From a virus (Duplodnaviria; Caudoviricetes), in IMG/VR virus record IMGVR_UViG_3300048858_000146, positions 1 through 48,703 of that record: 48,703 nt of DNA, one strand, 5' to 3'. Both the position numbers and the translations under genes were made by a program. Every line of letters begins with the position of its first letter. Within the stretch, counting starts at the first letter, position 1. The notes beneath the pieces were generated by a model, which did no database searches, had not been told where the DNA came from, and saw nothing but the letters and a program-made list of their open reading frames with translations. This document shows positions 8,114 through 17,783 of this stretch, piece by piece.

Positions 8114-8764
8114 ATGACGGATCTGCATGATGAGTTCGGCGCAACCCGCTGTTTCAACGCAGAACGAGTCAGCAGGCGGACTGCCGATACGTTAGTGGGC
8201 CTCGCAGCCGGGCTCGTTGCTGACAATGTAGTTACCCAAGAAGAGGCCGTATTTCTCAAGCGATGGATCGAGCACAACATGGCTCATCTCGAGGATCCAG
8301 TAGTTAATTTGCTGTACCGCCGACTAAATGCAATGCTCGTTGACGGCGTGCTTGATATGGATGAGTCTGCTGACCTGCTGGGGATGTTGAGGAGTTTTAG
8401 CGGGCTTCCCAGCACCGCGGACTTTGCCGTGACGTTTCCTGACGCTTCATCACGGCCAACTGACCTACCCTTTTGTGCGCCCGCGCCCTCCCTCCTTTTT
8501 GAAGGCAAGAATTTTGTCTTCACTGGCGTAATGGCTTTCGGTCCGCGCAAGGAGTGCCAGCAGCTAGTCACCGATAAAGGCGGCATTCTCGGCGGAGCCA
8601 TCAGCAAAAAAGTGGATTACCTCATAGTTGGCAGCGTGGGGAGTGAGCAGTGGCGCCATGCGTCGTACGGAACAAAGATACTCAAAGCTGTAGAGCTTCG
8701 TGAAGCCGGCGCGCCGATAGCTATCGTTTCTGAAGACCACTGGCAAAGCGCGATCTTGGTCTAG
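8114..8764 (+). CDS. BRCT-domain protein (moron)
   Basis: C-terminal FEGKNFVFTG...RKECQQLV..KGG....ISKKVDYLIVG...IAIVSEDHW, a BRCT signature; helical N-terminus. Confidence 0.85.
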   Translation: MTDLHDEFGATRCFNAERVSRRTADTLVGLAAGLVADNVVTQEEAVFLKRWIEHNMAHLEDPVVNLLYRRLNAMLVDGVLDMDESADLLGMLRSFSGLPSTADFAVTFPDASSRPTDLPFCAPAPSLLFEGKNFVFTGVMAFGPRKECQQLVTDKGGILGGAISKKVDYLIVGSVGSEQWRHASYGTKILKAVELREAGAPIAIVSEDHWQSAILV

Positions 8765-8818
8765 GCTGATCGCTACCGAGCCAGTGTTTGCTGCGGGCTC
8801 CATGGCAGGCCGCATGCG

Positions 8819-9604
8819 CTATTCCCCAAGTCCTGCCGCGCTGCACGCTGGTTTCGCATCTTTGTGCCTGAGGACCAAGCGAGTACGATCCAGCCACGGG
8901 CCGCCGAAGACGATAATTTCTGATGGCCTGCCATACAGGTGATGCAGCAGGAATGGGCCGGGGCCGAACACCTCGGCATCCTCGCCTGGCAGCGCAGCAT
9001 CAGCTCCGAGGTAGATGCCTGCGTGGTTCGGATGCTTCGTGCGCCCCACCTCCATCACGATCATGTCGCCGCGCTGGGGCTGGTCGACCCGGTAGAAGCC
9101 CGCAGCCTCGTAGTTCGCCTCATACAAGCTTTCGGCCTCGGCGTTCTCCCACCAACCATCCGCGCGCTTGAACGACTCGAACTCAAGCCCCCATTCGCGC
9201 TTGTACCAGTCCGCACAGACCTGCCAACAGTCCCATGCCCCATGTACAAAAGGACGCTTGAGCAGCGGAGTGTTGCCGGTCGGGACAATGGTTCTCAGGT
9301 CCCCTTCCGGCCAACTGATGATGTGCCAGGGCAATTCCGTCGCCTCGCACATCGCCCGGTCGCGCGGGGATGGCCTGCTGGTCGCGTCAGGGTGAGAGTG
9401 GACAATGCCGATGATCTCGCCGACCTCTTCTGCCTGGGCGTAGTCCTCAGGATCAATCCGAAACTCTTCAGTTGGGTCAGTCGATGTATTTCCGCAAGGG
9501 AAGTAGTGCTGCTTTCGGCCGACAGCCAGCAACAGGCCGCAGCATTCCTTTGGATACTCTGCAGCAGCGTGCGCTTTGACGGCTTCCAAGATGTACTTGA
9601 ACAT
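8819..9604 (-). CDS. K: Tail tip assembly protein K (JAB/MPN + NlpC/P60)
   Basis: EYPKECCG, IVHSHPD, FVHGAWDCW, PNHAGIYLG. Confidence 0.93.
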   Translation of the reverse strand: MFKYILEAVKAHAAAEYPKECCGLLLAVGRKQHYFPCGNTSTDPTEEFRIDPEDYAQAEEVGEIIGIVHSHPDATSRPSPRDRAMCEATELPWHIISWPEGDLRTIVPTGNTPLLKRPFVHGAWDCWQVCADWYKREWGLEFESFKRADGWWENAEAESLYEANYEAAGFYRVDQPQRGDMIVMEVGRTKHPNHAGIYLGADAALPGEDAEVFGPGPFLLHHLYGRPSEIIVFGGPWLDRTRLVLRHKDAKPACSAAGLGE

Positions 9605-9606
9605 GG

Positions 9607-10359
9607 TCAGCTCCGCGCGATCAGGGACACCGCAGGGAAACCCCCATGGTTCAGTTGGTTGTTTTGACCGAAGCGCAACTGGCAGGACTTCAGCCCGCCC
9701 TTGCACTCGTCTTTTGATGGGTCGTCTGTTGGGTTGTCGTCATCGTCGAACATCGCCGCCCCGGTGTACTGACAGTCTGGCCCGCGATATCCGCCGGTCA
9801 TTGCCCAGTGGCAGAAGGTCGTCATCTGTCGCCCCGGCAGTCCGTGATCGTCAATTTCTCCTGGGGAAGACAGCTCCCACTGAACGACTTCCCCGTCTTC
9901 ACCTGTTTTCTGGTCGATGTACCAGATCTCCAGCGCTTCCTGCGTCGGGTCTGCCGTCGGGTTGCCTTCAGGGAAGTTGGCTGCGTCCAGATACTGAACA
10001 AGCGTCTCTCTCACCGTTAGCTGAAACTTGAGCAGGTCCTCAAAAGCCAAACACAGCGCCGTAATGCGCCCATTGACATTGCCCGCCATGAAAGTCGGCC
10101 GTGTTGCGCTTCCATTGCTGTCCGCGCCGACACCTTCGATCTGCACCGGCCATGCGGCGTATTCATTGCCCTGCCACCAGATTGACTTGGCTGGCAAATC
10201 ATTCACCGATCCCTCATAGGCCAGAAGCTCCTCCGGCGTATGCGGCACAGCGTGAGCATGGAAGCGAAGCACGTCCGCGCCATACTCAGTGCCGTCGATC
10301 TCAAACAGCCGCACTTCCCCGCCGGGCTCCAGTTTCTGGATGTCCGTAATCAAAGCCAT
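9607..10359 (-). CDS. L: Minor tail protein L
   Basis: IQKLEPG..VRLFEIDG; C-terminal Cys cluster CHW..YRGPDC..C..SCQLRF..GGFP. Confidence 0.94.
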   Translation of the reverse strand: MALITDIQKLEPGGEVRLFEIDGTEYGADVLRFHAHAVPHTPEELLAYEGSVNDLPAKSIWWQGNEYAAWPVQIEGVGADSNGSATRPTFMAGNVNGRITALCLAFEDLLKFQLTVRETLVQYLDAANFPEGNPTADPTQEALEIWYIDQKTGEDGEVVQWELSSPGEIDDHGLPGRQMTTFCHWAMTGGYRGPDCQYTGAAMFDDDDNPTDDPSKDECKGGLKSCQLRFGQNNQLNHGGFPAVSLIARS

Positions 10360-10370
10360 GCGGCATTACC

Positions 10371-10709
10371 TCAAGGATGGAATGTTTGTTCGAAGGTGGC
10401 GGAAAGTGTGTAAACCGTGCCGCCCTTATGGGATGGCTGATAACCGGTGCATTTGTAGAGCCCCAACACGCCCAAAGGCGGAACCCACAGAAAGGCGTTC
10501 GCGCCCTTGTGTCTGCGCAAGAAGGCAATCACCTCCTGAATCCGGGCCTTTGGACCTGTAAAACTCACCGGCCACGACTGCTGTTCATTGTTGATCCCGT
10601 CAGACACCGACTGGCTGTACCCGTCGCCGAATTGCTTGGTGCGGGTGCGCTGGGATATGTCGCCCGTCGCACCCTTGTCCACCTGCCAGGTGAATCGCTC
10701 GATAGCCAT
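10371..10709 (-). CDS. M: Minor tail protein M (distal tail)
   Basis: ERFTW..QFGDGYSQ..DGIN..FLRRHKG..AFLWVPP. Confidence 0.92.
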   Translation of the reverse strand: MAIERFTWQVDKGATGDISQRTRTKQFGDGYSQSVSDGINNEQQSWPVSFTGPKARIQEVIAFLRRHKGANAFLWVPPLGVLGLYKCTGYQPSHKGGTVYTLSATFEQTFHP

Positions 10710-10712
10710 GTA

Positions 10713-13700
10713 TTACCCTCTGATGGCCCTGAATACTTTCCCGCCCTGACGAAGATCCTGGCTGATCAGCTTCTGATAGCGTTGGTCTACGAAGTCGCCC
10801 AGGTCTTTGCCGAATTGCTCATAGGCTGGATCGTCAGCAGTCGAGGTCGTCGTACCGTCGCCAGCAACGTTTACCTGAACGCTGATCACGGTTCCGCCCG
10901 CGGCATTTGCACCACCTACAGAACGAACGCCCAGCTGGCCCCCAGCAGTCCGGGTAAGCGGCATGATTGCCTCAGGCCCGGCCTCCCCCATGACGCCCGT
11001 CTGCCCGCCCGACATCCCGAAGGCTGTAGGCTTGCTGACTACGCTATTGGTGAATGCTCCGCCGCTGGCGAACATTTGTACTCCGCCGCTCCATGCACCA
11101 CCTTTTGCCTGCTGGACGCCAGACCATCCGCTGAGTGCGGCATCGCTGTAGCCCGCAGAAGTTGACCCTGCTGACGTAGTAGATCCGCCAAAGTAGGAGC
11201 CAGCCGCAGAAGAGGCCAGACCGAACAGTGCGCTTAATGCCTCAGAGCTGGCCTGCCTCGCCGCAATACGAGCCATATCGGCAAGGATGGATTTGGCGAA
11301 ATCGGCAAACGACAGCTTCCCAGTCATGGCGAAGTTGACGATTGCATCCTCCATCGAGCTGAACGCGCTCGTGAACAGCGACTTGGTCTGCCCGGCGACA
11401 TCTTTCGCGGAGTCCAGGTAGTTCTGGAACGCCGAGGATGCCCCTGCGCTCCAGCTGCCCTGGGCGGCCGTCATGTCGTCGTAGTTGGTCTGGACCGTAT
11501 CGCGCAGGTCCTTTTGGGTTTTGTTCAGCGCGGCCAGCTTCTGGTTGTACTCGTCCAGGCTCATGCCGCGGGAGCCATCGCCGTACTGGTTGGCCAGTTC
11601 AACTTTCTGCTGGTTGATACGGTCGTCAATGCCGTTTTGCTGATCGAACAGCCCGCGCTGCCGATCCCCCATTCCGAGAGTCGCGGCGGATCGCTGGCCT
11701 TGCTCACGAAGAGTCTTGACCTGCTGCTCCAGCGCGCTGGTGTACGTCTGAACCGCAAGCTCCTGCTTCTTGAGGCGACCCTGTTCATTCGAAGCCAGCA
11801 CGTTCAGCTCGGTGTCGGCATCCTGTTGAGCCTTGACCATGCCTGCCCTGGCGTCAGCGATCTTCTGGTCCAGCTGAATACGCTGCTCGGCAGACGTCGT
11901 GCCTTTGGCGCGTGCTGCTTCAAGTGCGGATATCTCTGCCTCATATGCAGCGGTGACCTCGACCTGTTCCTGCTGAACGATAGCCACGCGCTGACTCGCA
12001 TACGACTCAGCAGACACAAGGCCTGCTTTCTGAGCGGCGTCCAGTTCTTTCTGGATGTTGTCGTAGTAGCTAGTGACCGACTTCAGCTGGTTCTGCGCAT
12101 CGTTGAATCCGGTCAGATCTACAGCGCCGGCCGACTGCTTTGGATCCTTGAATTGATCGTTGATGTTGGCCCTGACCCGGGCAATATTCTCCGGTTTGAG
12201 GCGGTCGTCGTTCGGATTGGTCTTGCGAATGGTTTCGAGGGACTTGTCGTAATCCTTCTGCGCATCCGCGCGCTTCTCAGCATTGGTCCGAGCTGATTTT
12301 TCGAGTGCGTCGACCTTGGTCAGCGCCAGGATCGTTGCCTGTTGCCGCTGCGCATCAGCCCCACGAGCCGCCGCGATGGCAGCCTGCGTATCGCGCTGCT
12401 GAGTCAGGTACTGAAGCTCAAGCCGGGAATTGGTCAGCTTTTCCTGAGCGTCAGTATCGACCGGGTTGCCGTTTACAGCAGATTGCGCTGCAGCAACGCG
12501 CTGCTGGGCATTGGTGATCTTGTCCGCCAGAGTTTGTTCGCGTCCAAACTCCTTTAGCGAGTCGATTGATTTTTTGGTCTCGTCTCCAACTGCCTTCCAG
12601 CCGCGCTCCCAAAGACCGAGGTTCTTCGTGATCTCACCAGACCGCTCGGTCATGGTGTTCGCATAGGTGTCAGTGAGGAGTTTTGCGGCGCCGATGGAGT
12701 CGCCCTGCTCTTTCAACGCGACAACCTGCGAGTACACGGCTGCTGTCAGGAAGCCGTACTGCTGATTTAACTCCTTGGCTGCCGCGACTGGATCCATGCC
12801 GATCTTGGCAAACTCGGCCACCGTCTTCTCAACCGCCTGCCCGGTGGCGTCTTCCATCGCAGCCGCAGCATCGGCGACGGTTTTGAAGCTGTCGCTCGCA
12901 ATGGTTCCGCTGTTGGCAATCAGAACCAGGGATGCAGCAGCCTCGCCTACCGTGCCGTTCGTAGCCGCTACCTGCTGCGCCATCGAGGCAAGCTGGTCGG
13001 CAGTCTTGCCTGCACGGTTCCCGGTCAGGATCAGTGCCTGGTTGTACTTGTCGGCCTCCTTGCTGCCCTGGCTGTATCCATAGATCACCGTTGCGATAGC
13101 GGCCGCCAACGCAACAGCCCCCGCGACCACAAGCCCAAAGGCAGAGCTGAGCGGCGGCGTCGCCGTGCTCAGCGCGTCCGTGGCCTCCTTGGCGTTCTTG
13201 GCCGCGTCTGCTGCCGTGTTAGCGCCCTCGGCCAAGCCTCCCAGGCTATCGCTGGCCGCATCCGCGCCGTCTGCTGCCGCCTTTGCGCCGCTGCCCACGG
13301 CATCCAGCGCATCGCCCACGGCACCAATACCGCCGCCCAGGCCAAGCACCGAGCGGATCTTCTGACCCATCACATCCAGGGTGGGCCCGATGCCGCCGAA
13401 CGAATCGGCGATCTGCCCACCCTGTTGGATCAGCACCAGCAACGGGTTCTGTCCGCCGGCCAGGCTGGTGAAGATGTCCGTGAACTGCGACGGAAGCTGA
13501 CGCAGAGCCTGCTGAGTCTGGTTCGTAGTCCTGCCGGTCTTTTGCAGGCTTTCGTCCAGGTCTCCGAGCTTCTGACGCGAGCTGTCGATGCGGCCGGCGT
13601 ACTCGCTGAACGTCTCAACATCGATGAGCCCGGCGTTCTTGTACTTCTGCAGCTGGGCCTGCTGCTCGTCCAGGCGATCCAGCGCGGCGATGGTCGGGTT

Positions 13701-14168
13701 GATCTTGCCCAGCAGCGCCTGAAGGCCCTCGGCTTGCACGCCGGTGGCCGCCGCAGCCTTGCGAGACTCTTCGGCGAGTCGGTCCTCGGTAGCCAGCAAA
13801 GCCTGAGCGCGGGAGTTGATCGCGGCAATTTCCGCATTCCAGTCACGCGCCGCTGCCTTGCCGCCATCCATGGCCGAAGCGGTGCTGGTAACGCTCCCGC
13901 CCAGACCCTGCACGTACTGGCTGGACTCGAGCGAGGCTTTCGCCATTGCCGTGAGGCGCGCCATTGCCTCTTCGGTGGTTTCGGACAGCCTGCCTTCAGC
14001 GGAGGACAGGCCGGCAGCCGAGGAAGACGCCTTGTCGAACCCAGAGGCGACACCCTCTGCCGCTTTCTCTGCCCGTCCGCCAGCCGCAGCCAGCTTGTCG
14101 AGTTCGGTAGCGGCCTGCGAGGCGTCGCCGGAGTCGACCTTGATCCCCAGTTCAGCGATAGACGTCAT
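10713..14168 (-). CDS. H: Tail tape measure protein
   Basis: 1151 aa, Ala/Gln-rich, LRQLPSQFTDIFTSLAGGQNPLLVLIQQGGQI lambda-TMP motif, C-terminal GEAGPEAIMPL. Confidence 0.96.
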   Translation of the reverse strand: MTSIAELGIKVDSGDASQAATELDKLAAAGGRAEKAAEGVASGFDKASSSAAGLSSAEGRLSETTEEAMARLTAMAKASLESSQYVQGLGGSVTSTASAMDGGKAAARDWNAEIAAINSRAQALLATEDRLAEESRKAAAATGVQAEGLQALLGKINPTIAALDRLDEQQAQLQKYKNAGLIDVETFSEYAGRIDSSRQKLGDLDESLQKTGRTTNQTQQALRQLPSQFTDIFTSLAGGQNPLLVLIQQGGQIADSFGGIGPTLDVMGQKIRSVLGLGGGIGAVGDALDAVGSGAKAAADGADAASDSLGGLAEGANTAADAAKNAKEATDALSTATPPLSSAFGLVVAGAVALAAAIATVIYGYSQGSKEADKYNQALILTGNRAGKTADQLASMAQQVAATNGTVGEAAASLVLIANSGTIASDSFKTVADAAAAMEDATGQAVEKTVAEFAKIGMDPVAAAKELNQQYGFLTAAVYSQVVALKEQGDSIGAAKLLTDTYANTMTERSGEITKNLGLWERGWKAVGDETKKSIDSLKEFGREQTLADKITNAQQRVAAAQSAVNGNPVDTDAQEKLTNSRLELQYLTQQRDTQAAIAAARGADAQRQQATILALTKVDALEKSARTNAEKRADAQKDYDKSLETIRKTNPNDDRLKPENIARVRANINDQFKDPKQSAGAVDLTGFNDAQNQLKSVTSYYDNIQKELDAAQKAGLVSAESYASQRVAIVQQEQVEVTAAYEAEISALEAARAKGTTSAEQRIQLDQKIADARAGMVKAQQDADTELNVLASNEQGRLKKQELAVQTYTSALEQQVKTLREQGQRSAATLGMGDRQRGLFDQQNGIDDRINQQKVELANQYGDGSRGMSLDEYNQKLAALNKTQKDLRDTVQTNYDDMTAAQGSWSAGASSAFQNYLDSAKDVAGQTKSLFTSAFSSMEDAIVNFAMTGKLSFADFAKSILADMARIAARQASSEALSALFGLASSAAGSYFGGSTTSAGSTSAGYSDAALSGWSGVQQAKGGAWSGGVQMFASGGAFTNSVVSKPTAFGMSGGQTGVMGEAGPEAIMPLTRTAGGQLGVRSVGGANAAGGTVISVQVNVAGDGTTTSTADDPAYEQFGKDLGDFVDQRYQKLISQDLRQGGKVFRAIRG

Positions 14169-14178
14169 GAGCGCTCCG

Positions 14179-14492
14179 TTATTTCGATTCGCTCATCACG
14201 AGCAGTGCTTCAACCTCCATCGTGCGGAGGTCTGGGAATAGTTGCGGTAGATCGCGGCGCTTGATTTCGAGCATCGAGGCCGTGGGAGGGACAGCGGCGT
14301 AATCCAGACCTGATGCGCCGCCGGGACCGGTACGCCACTGCGTCGACAACGCTTCGAAGAGGCGAAAGGCTGGCCAGGCATCCGGCCAGACCTCGACGAC
14401 TTCCTCAGGAATGTCCGCCTTGGTCATGCCGAAGGCGGCCAGATCTGCGTCAGACGGCCCAGGGTCGTACAGCGCCCGGGCCGCAGCCGTCA
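14179..14492 (-). CDS. Tail assembly chaperone T part (DUF1799-like), expressed as G-T frameshift fusion
   Basis: EVWPDAWPAFRLF..LSTQWR.G..G..GLDY; frame is open back to the slippery site. Confidence 0.8.
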
Positions 14493-14873
14493 GTTTCCCA
14501 GGCGGGCCGGGGCGTAGGCCGACTGGTACGCGTCAATCACCGCCTGAGGTGCGCCGGCGCACGTGCTCACCAGAGAGGTAATCGCCTCGTCGGTGAACTT
14601 GTCATCGAAGCCCCAGCCAGTCGTGATGTCCTTGATCTGAGCAACCTGCAGGGCGATTTCGCCAGCAGTCGCTTCAACCCACGGCAGGCCGTCTTCCTTG
14701 ATCCTGGTCGCGTACTCGTCGCGCGCCTTGTTCCAGCGGTCGAACATGGCGGCCAACCCGTTTCGGTCCATGTACTTAAACTCGAAGTCCACCTTTACTG
14801 GATCGCTGCCGACGCGGGGAATCATCACCGGCGCTTTGAACGTCGGGTTCTGAGCAATCTTGATCTTCGCCAT
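14490..14873 (-). CDS. Tail assembly chaperone G
   Basis: Lies between tail tube and TMP; ends ARLGN with G GGA AAC slippery heptamer. Confidence 0.85.
   Translation of the reverse strand: MAKIKIAQNPTFKAPVMIPRVGSDPVKVDFEFKYMDRNGLAAMFDRWNKARDEYATRIKEDGLPWVEATAGEIALQVAQIKDITTGWGFDDKFTDEAITSLVSTCAGAPQAVIDAYQSAYAPARLGN
14493..14499 (-). other. Programmed -1 ribosomal frameshift site GGGAAAC
   Basis: X XXY YYZ in correct phase just before the G stop; the -1 frame reads KLTAAARALYDPGPSDADLAAFGMTKAD into T. Confidence 0.85.
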
Positions 14874-14876
14874 GGG

Positions 14877-15527
14877 TTAGGCCGCCTGGTAACGAGTCGG
14901 GCGGGCTGCCAGCGACAGGGTGATGGTGCGGGTCATCAGCGCGCCACGGTTCAGAACCGGAGTCGCCGTGATCGATACGTAAGCGTTGTAGTAGATGACT
15001 GAGCCGCCCGGCAGCTTCAAGCGGACCACGCGGGTTTGCTTGTCCTCATCGGCTTCCTCAACCACCGGAACGTACGCCAGCAGAGGATCGTCAGCGACAG
15101 TGATAGTCATGCTGATGGGGGTTTTGGTTGTCGGCAGCTGACGGTCATCGTCGTCTTCCAAGAAGCCGAAGGTGGTGAACTGCTGGTCGCCGCCGCTGGT
15201 GGCCACCTCGGTGATCTGCGAGATCTGGGCCCAGGCCGAGACACTGCGAACCGAGCCGACACCCGCGCCAGCCGTGTACACGTCCACATTGGTGGTGTTG
15301 ATCCCGTCCAGGGAGAACGAGTCTGCAGCTACTGCATCCACGCGCGCAACCCGGTCATTCAGCCGGGTCCAGCCGGAGTTGACGACGATGACGTCGCCAT
15401 CTGCCAGATCGTGGCCAGCAGCAGTGACGACCGCCGGATTGGCGTTGGAGATGGCCGAAGCCAGCACGGCAGCGGTAAAGACCGAGCCGATTTCCATGAT
15501 CGCGCCGTTAGGTAATTTGAACGCCAT
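14877..15527 (-). CDS. Major tail (tube) protein
   Basis: MAFKLPNGA...AISNANPAVVT...SGGDQQF..FGFLEDD; position upstream of the chaperones. Confidence 0.88.
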   Translation of the reverse strand: MAFKLPNGAIMEIGSVFTAAVLASAISNANPAVVTAAGHDLADGDVIVVNSGWTRLNDRVARVDAVAADSFSLDGINTTNVDVYTAGAGVGSVRSVSAWAQISQITEVATSGGDQQFTTFGFLEDDDDRQLPTTKTPISMTITVADDPLLAYVPVVEEADEDKQTRVVRLKLPGGSVIYYNAYVSITATPVLNRGALMTRTITLSLAARPTRYQAA

Positions 15528-15552
15528 TGGTGTTTCCTCTTTTCAGAAAATG

Positions 15553-15577
15553 AAGAACCCGCTCAATGGCGGGTTCT
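15553..15577 (-). terminator. Terminator-like hairpin
   Basis: AGAACCCGC-CATTGA-GCGGGTTCT; same loop as the pR' terminators. Confidence 0.5.
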
Positions 15578-15597
15578 GGATTTGCCCAATGGGCGAA

Positions 15598-16008
15598 TTA
15601 GTTGGTGTCGGCCCGGTACTGGAACGATGCTGAAACGGTCAGCGTGGTGTCGCCTGCGATCGGCGGGCCTGGCTCGACAGGTGTAAGCACCATCACGTCA
15701 AAGTCGTCTCGCCTGAGCCTAAGGTAAACGGGGAAAAGCTCGGTGATGTCCTCAACCAAGCCTTCAGCCGCGCCGGTACCGCTACCGACTGGCGTCACCG
15801 CGTTGATCTGGAAAATCCCGGTATAGGCCCGGTGATCACCCGACAATGTATCGCTGTCGGCACCCGCCGGCAGCATGAACGCCGCCAAGTAGGTTTCGTT
15901 GTCGTCTGGGGTGAAGCTCACGCCTTGGTAAGCGACCCGCAGATTGCGCTCGGCTGCCCAGGCGGCAAGACGCTGTTCGAACAGAGAACGGATGATCCTG
16001 TGACTCAT
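15598..16008 (-). CDS. Tail terminator/completion protein
   Basis: Synteny; YTGIFQINAVTPVGSG..A..LVE.I..LFP. Confidence 0.72.
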   Translation of the reverse strand: MSHRIIRSLFEQRLAAWAAERNLRVAYQGVSFTPDDNETYLAAFMLPAGADSDTLSGDHRAYTGIFQINAVTPVGSGTGAAEGLVEDITELFPVYLRLRRDDFDVMVLTPVEPGPPIAGDTTLTVSASFQYRADTN

Positions 16009-16601
16009 ACTTGGTGATTCCTGATGGCTTCCTCAACGATCCGCTGGAAGCGAGCAACGGTGATACGGACCATGCCCTCAGGAGCCTGAGACGAATGACC
16101 GAACTCGAGCGGGATTGCGTAAGGCAAGCTGTTTGTTATGTATGCGACGTCGCCAGCCTTGAACTCAAGCGCGCCATTGACGATACGTACCGTGGACGTC
16201 TGGCCGCTCGGGTCGACTTCCTCCGTAGTGGACTCGTCTGGGGCACCGATGCTGAACATCCAGTTCCCGCGGAACCGGCCGCCGACGTAGCCGTCAGGCT
16301 TGGCGATGTCCATGCCATCCTTCACCTTGCGGCCTGGCTTTAAGCGACCCGCCTTTGTCAGATTGGCCGGGTCGGATCGCAGCGCAGCGTTATGGCTCTC
16401 GACCTCGGCGCTGTACTCAGACGCGATAGCGTTCTGCGCCCACAGCTCGGGCTGACCAACTGGCGACATCCGGATAACACTGCTGCCGATCTCGATTATG
16501 ACTTCACGGCACGTCGCATCAATCGCTTCTGCGGCCTGCTCCGCGAAGGCCCGGATCTGCGCTTCAAAGTTTCCATTCAGCCCCGCGTACTTGGAAGCCA
16601 T
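16005..16601 (-). CDS. HK97 gp10-like neck protein
   Basis: SPV...GRFRGNW...YITNSLPYAIPLEFGHSSQAPEGMVR. Confidence 0.8.
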   Translation of the reverse strand: MASKYAGLNGNFEAQIRAFAEQAAEAIDATCREVIIEIGSSVIRMSPVGQPELWAQNAIASEYSAEVESHNAALRSDPANLTKAGRLKPGRKVKDGMDIAKPDGYVGGRFRGNWMFSIGAPDESTTEEVDPSGQTSTVRIVNGALEFKAGDVAYITNSLPYAIPLEFGHSSQAPEGMVRITVARFQRIVEEAIRNHQV

Positions 16602-16602
16602 G

Positions 16603-16992
16603 TCATTTCCTCAACTGAACGATCCATGCTGCGCCAGCAGGATCCTGACTAACGTTCAGCGCCCGCTTACCGCCGATGATGTCGCCGATCTTGGGCACCG
16701 CCACGGCTTCGGTCGGAACACCTTGAAGCGTGACGAACAGCTCGTTCTGCAGGACGGTGAGCTTCTCGTCAGTTGTCTGAATCAAGGACCCGTCAATTTC
16801 CTTGCTCAGGTAGCTTCCGAACACTCCACGACCTGCGTAGTGCGTGATGACCTCGGGGGTAGTGCCGCTGCCAGGGTTGTATTCCCCTTGGACTTTGCGA
16901 ACGGCGAGGACCGGTTTTACTGCATCGGCCAAGCCGTCCGGGTCATCAAACGCTTCCGCCAGTTCAGCCTGTATTTCTTCTCGCATGCCCAT
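16603..16992 (-). CDS. Head closure/head-tail joining protein
   Basis: Synteny; ends QDPAGAAWIVQLRK. Confidence 0.7.
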   Translation of the reverse strand: MGMREEIQAELAEAFDDPDGLADAVKPVLAVRKVQGEYNPGSGTTPEVITHYAGRGVFGSYLSKEIDGSLIQTTDEKLTVLQNELFVTLQGVPTEAVAVPKIGDIIGGKRALNVSQDPAGAAWIVQLRK

Positions 16993-16994
16993 GA

Positions 16995-17372
16995 TCAAAT
17001 CCTTTTCAGCATCATCACGCCGGAACGTTTGATCCAAGGCGCAACCAGGGCCAAGGCGAAGTTCTCGCCAGCAGAAAGGTCGGTTGAGCCTGACGCGTAT
17101 GTCTTGCTGACCGAGGTCCCTGATTGAGCCGAGACCGTCTTGCTCAACACTTCTCTCTGAGTGGACTTGTACAAATTGCCCGCCGCCGCCTCTTTAGCGA
17201 CTTGAGCGCCGGCTGCCTTGATCTCGGTCGGCACCGGGTCAGGGACAACCCGCTGAATCTTGGCCGTGAGCCAGGCATTTGCCATAGCCACAGCAAGGAC
17301 CGCATCACCGGTGCCAGCCCAGTTAGGACCCAGCTGAGCATCGACATCGGCAACGGTGATGAAATCAGTCAT
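16995..17372 (-). CDS. Head-tail adaptor/connector protein
   Basis: MTDFITVADVDAQLG..ANAWL; synteny after the capsid gene; AAGGA RBS. Confidence 0.7.
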   Translation of the reverse strand: MTDFITVADVDAQLGPNWAGTGDAVLAVAMANAWLTAKIQRVVPDPVPTEIKAAGAQVAKEAAAGNLYKSTQREVLSKTVSAQSGTSVSKTYASGSTDLSAGENFALALVAPWIKRSGVMMLKRI

Positions 17373-17382
17373 GTGCTTGTCC

Positions 17383-17742
17383 TTATTCCTTTGGCACGAG
17401 GGCCTGCAGGTCTTCTTTCTTCGCGTAGGCGTCGAAGTCGATGCCTTTCTCGGTGAGCCACGCCTTGAGGTCATCGACCTTCATCTTCAGAGGGTCGGTT
17501 TCCTTCTGCGCAGCAATTGCGGCGTCGATCTCTTCCTGAGTGCTGCGGGAGGCGTACCCTTTTGGCGGGTAGTTGGACGCCTTGTATCCGGACTCCACAA
17601 ACTCGCCAGCAGTGGGCCCATCCTGGCGAAGCTCATCCCCGCCTCCGGCGCCGCTAGCCGGCTTCGCTTGAGCTTGCTTGCGCAGCCGATTGATCTGAGC
17701 AAGCGTCAACTGCTCGCCCGGCTTGATGTCATCTTTATTCAT
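17383..17742 (-). CDS. Virion-associated protein with C-terminal HeH/LEM-like motif
   Basis: KMKVDDLKAWLTEKGIDF...KKEDLQALV. Confidence 0.65.
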   Translation of the reverse strand: MNKDDIKPGEQLTLAQINRLRKQAQAKPASGAGGGDELRQDGPTAGEFVESGYKASNYPPKGYASRSTQEEIDAAIAAQKETDPLKMKVDDLKAWLTEKGIDFDAYAKKEDLQALVPKE

Positions 17743-17783
17743 GATCGTCTCCAGTGAAAACGAGGGCCGAAGCCCTCATCGGC

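Noticed and set aside
8114-8764. NAD-dependent DNA ligase
   Set aside because: Only a BRCT domain; too short and no KxDG adenylation motif
10377-14264. Multiple long plus-strand ORFs over the tape measure gene
   Set aside because: Antisense shadows of H and M
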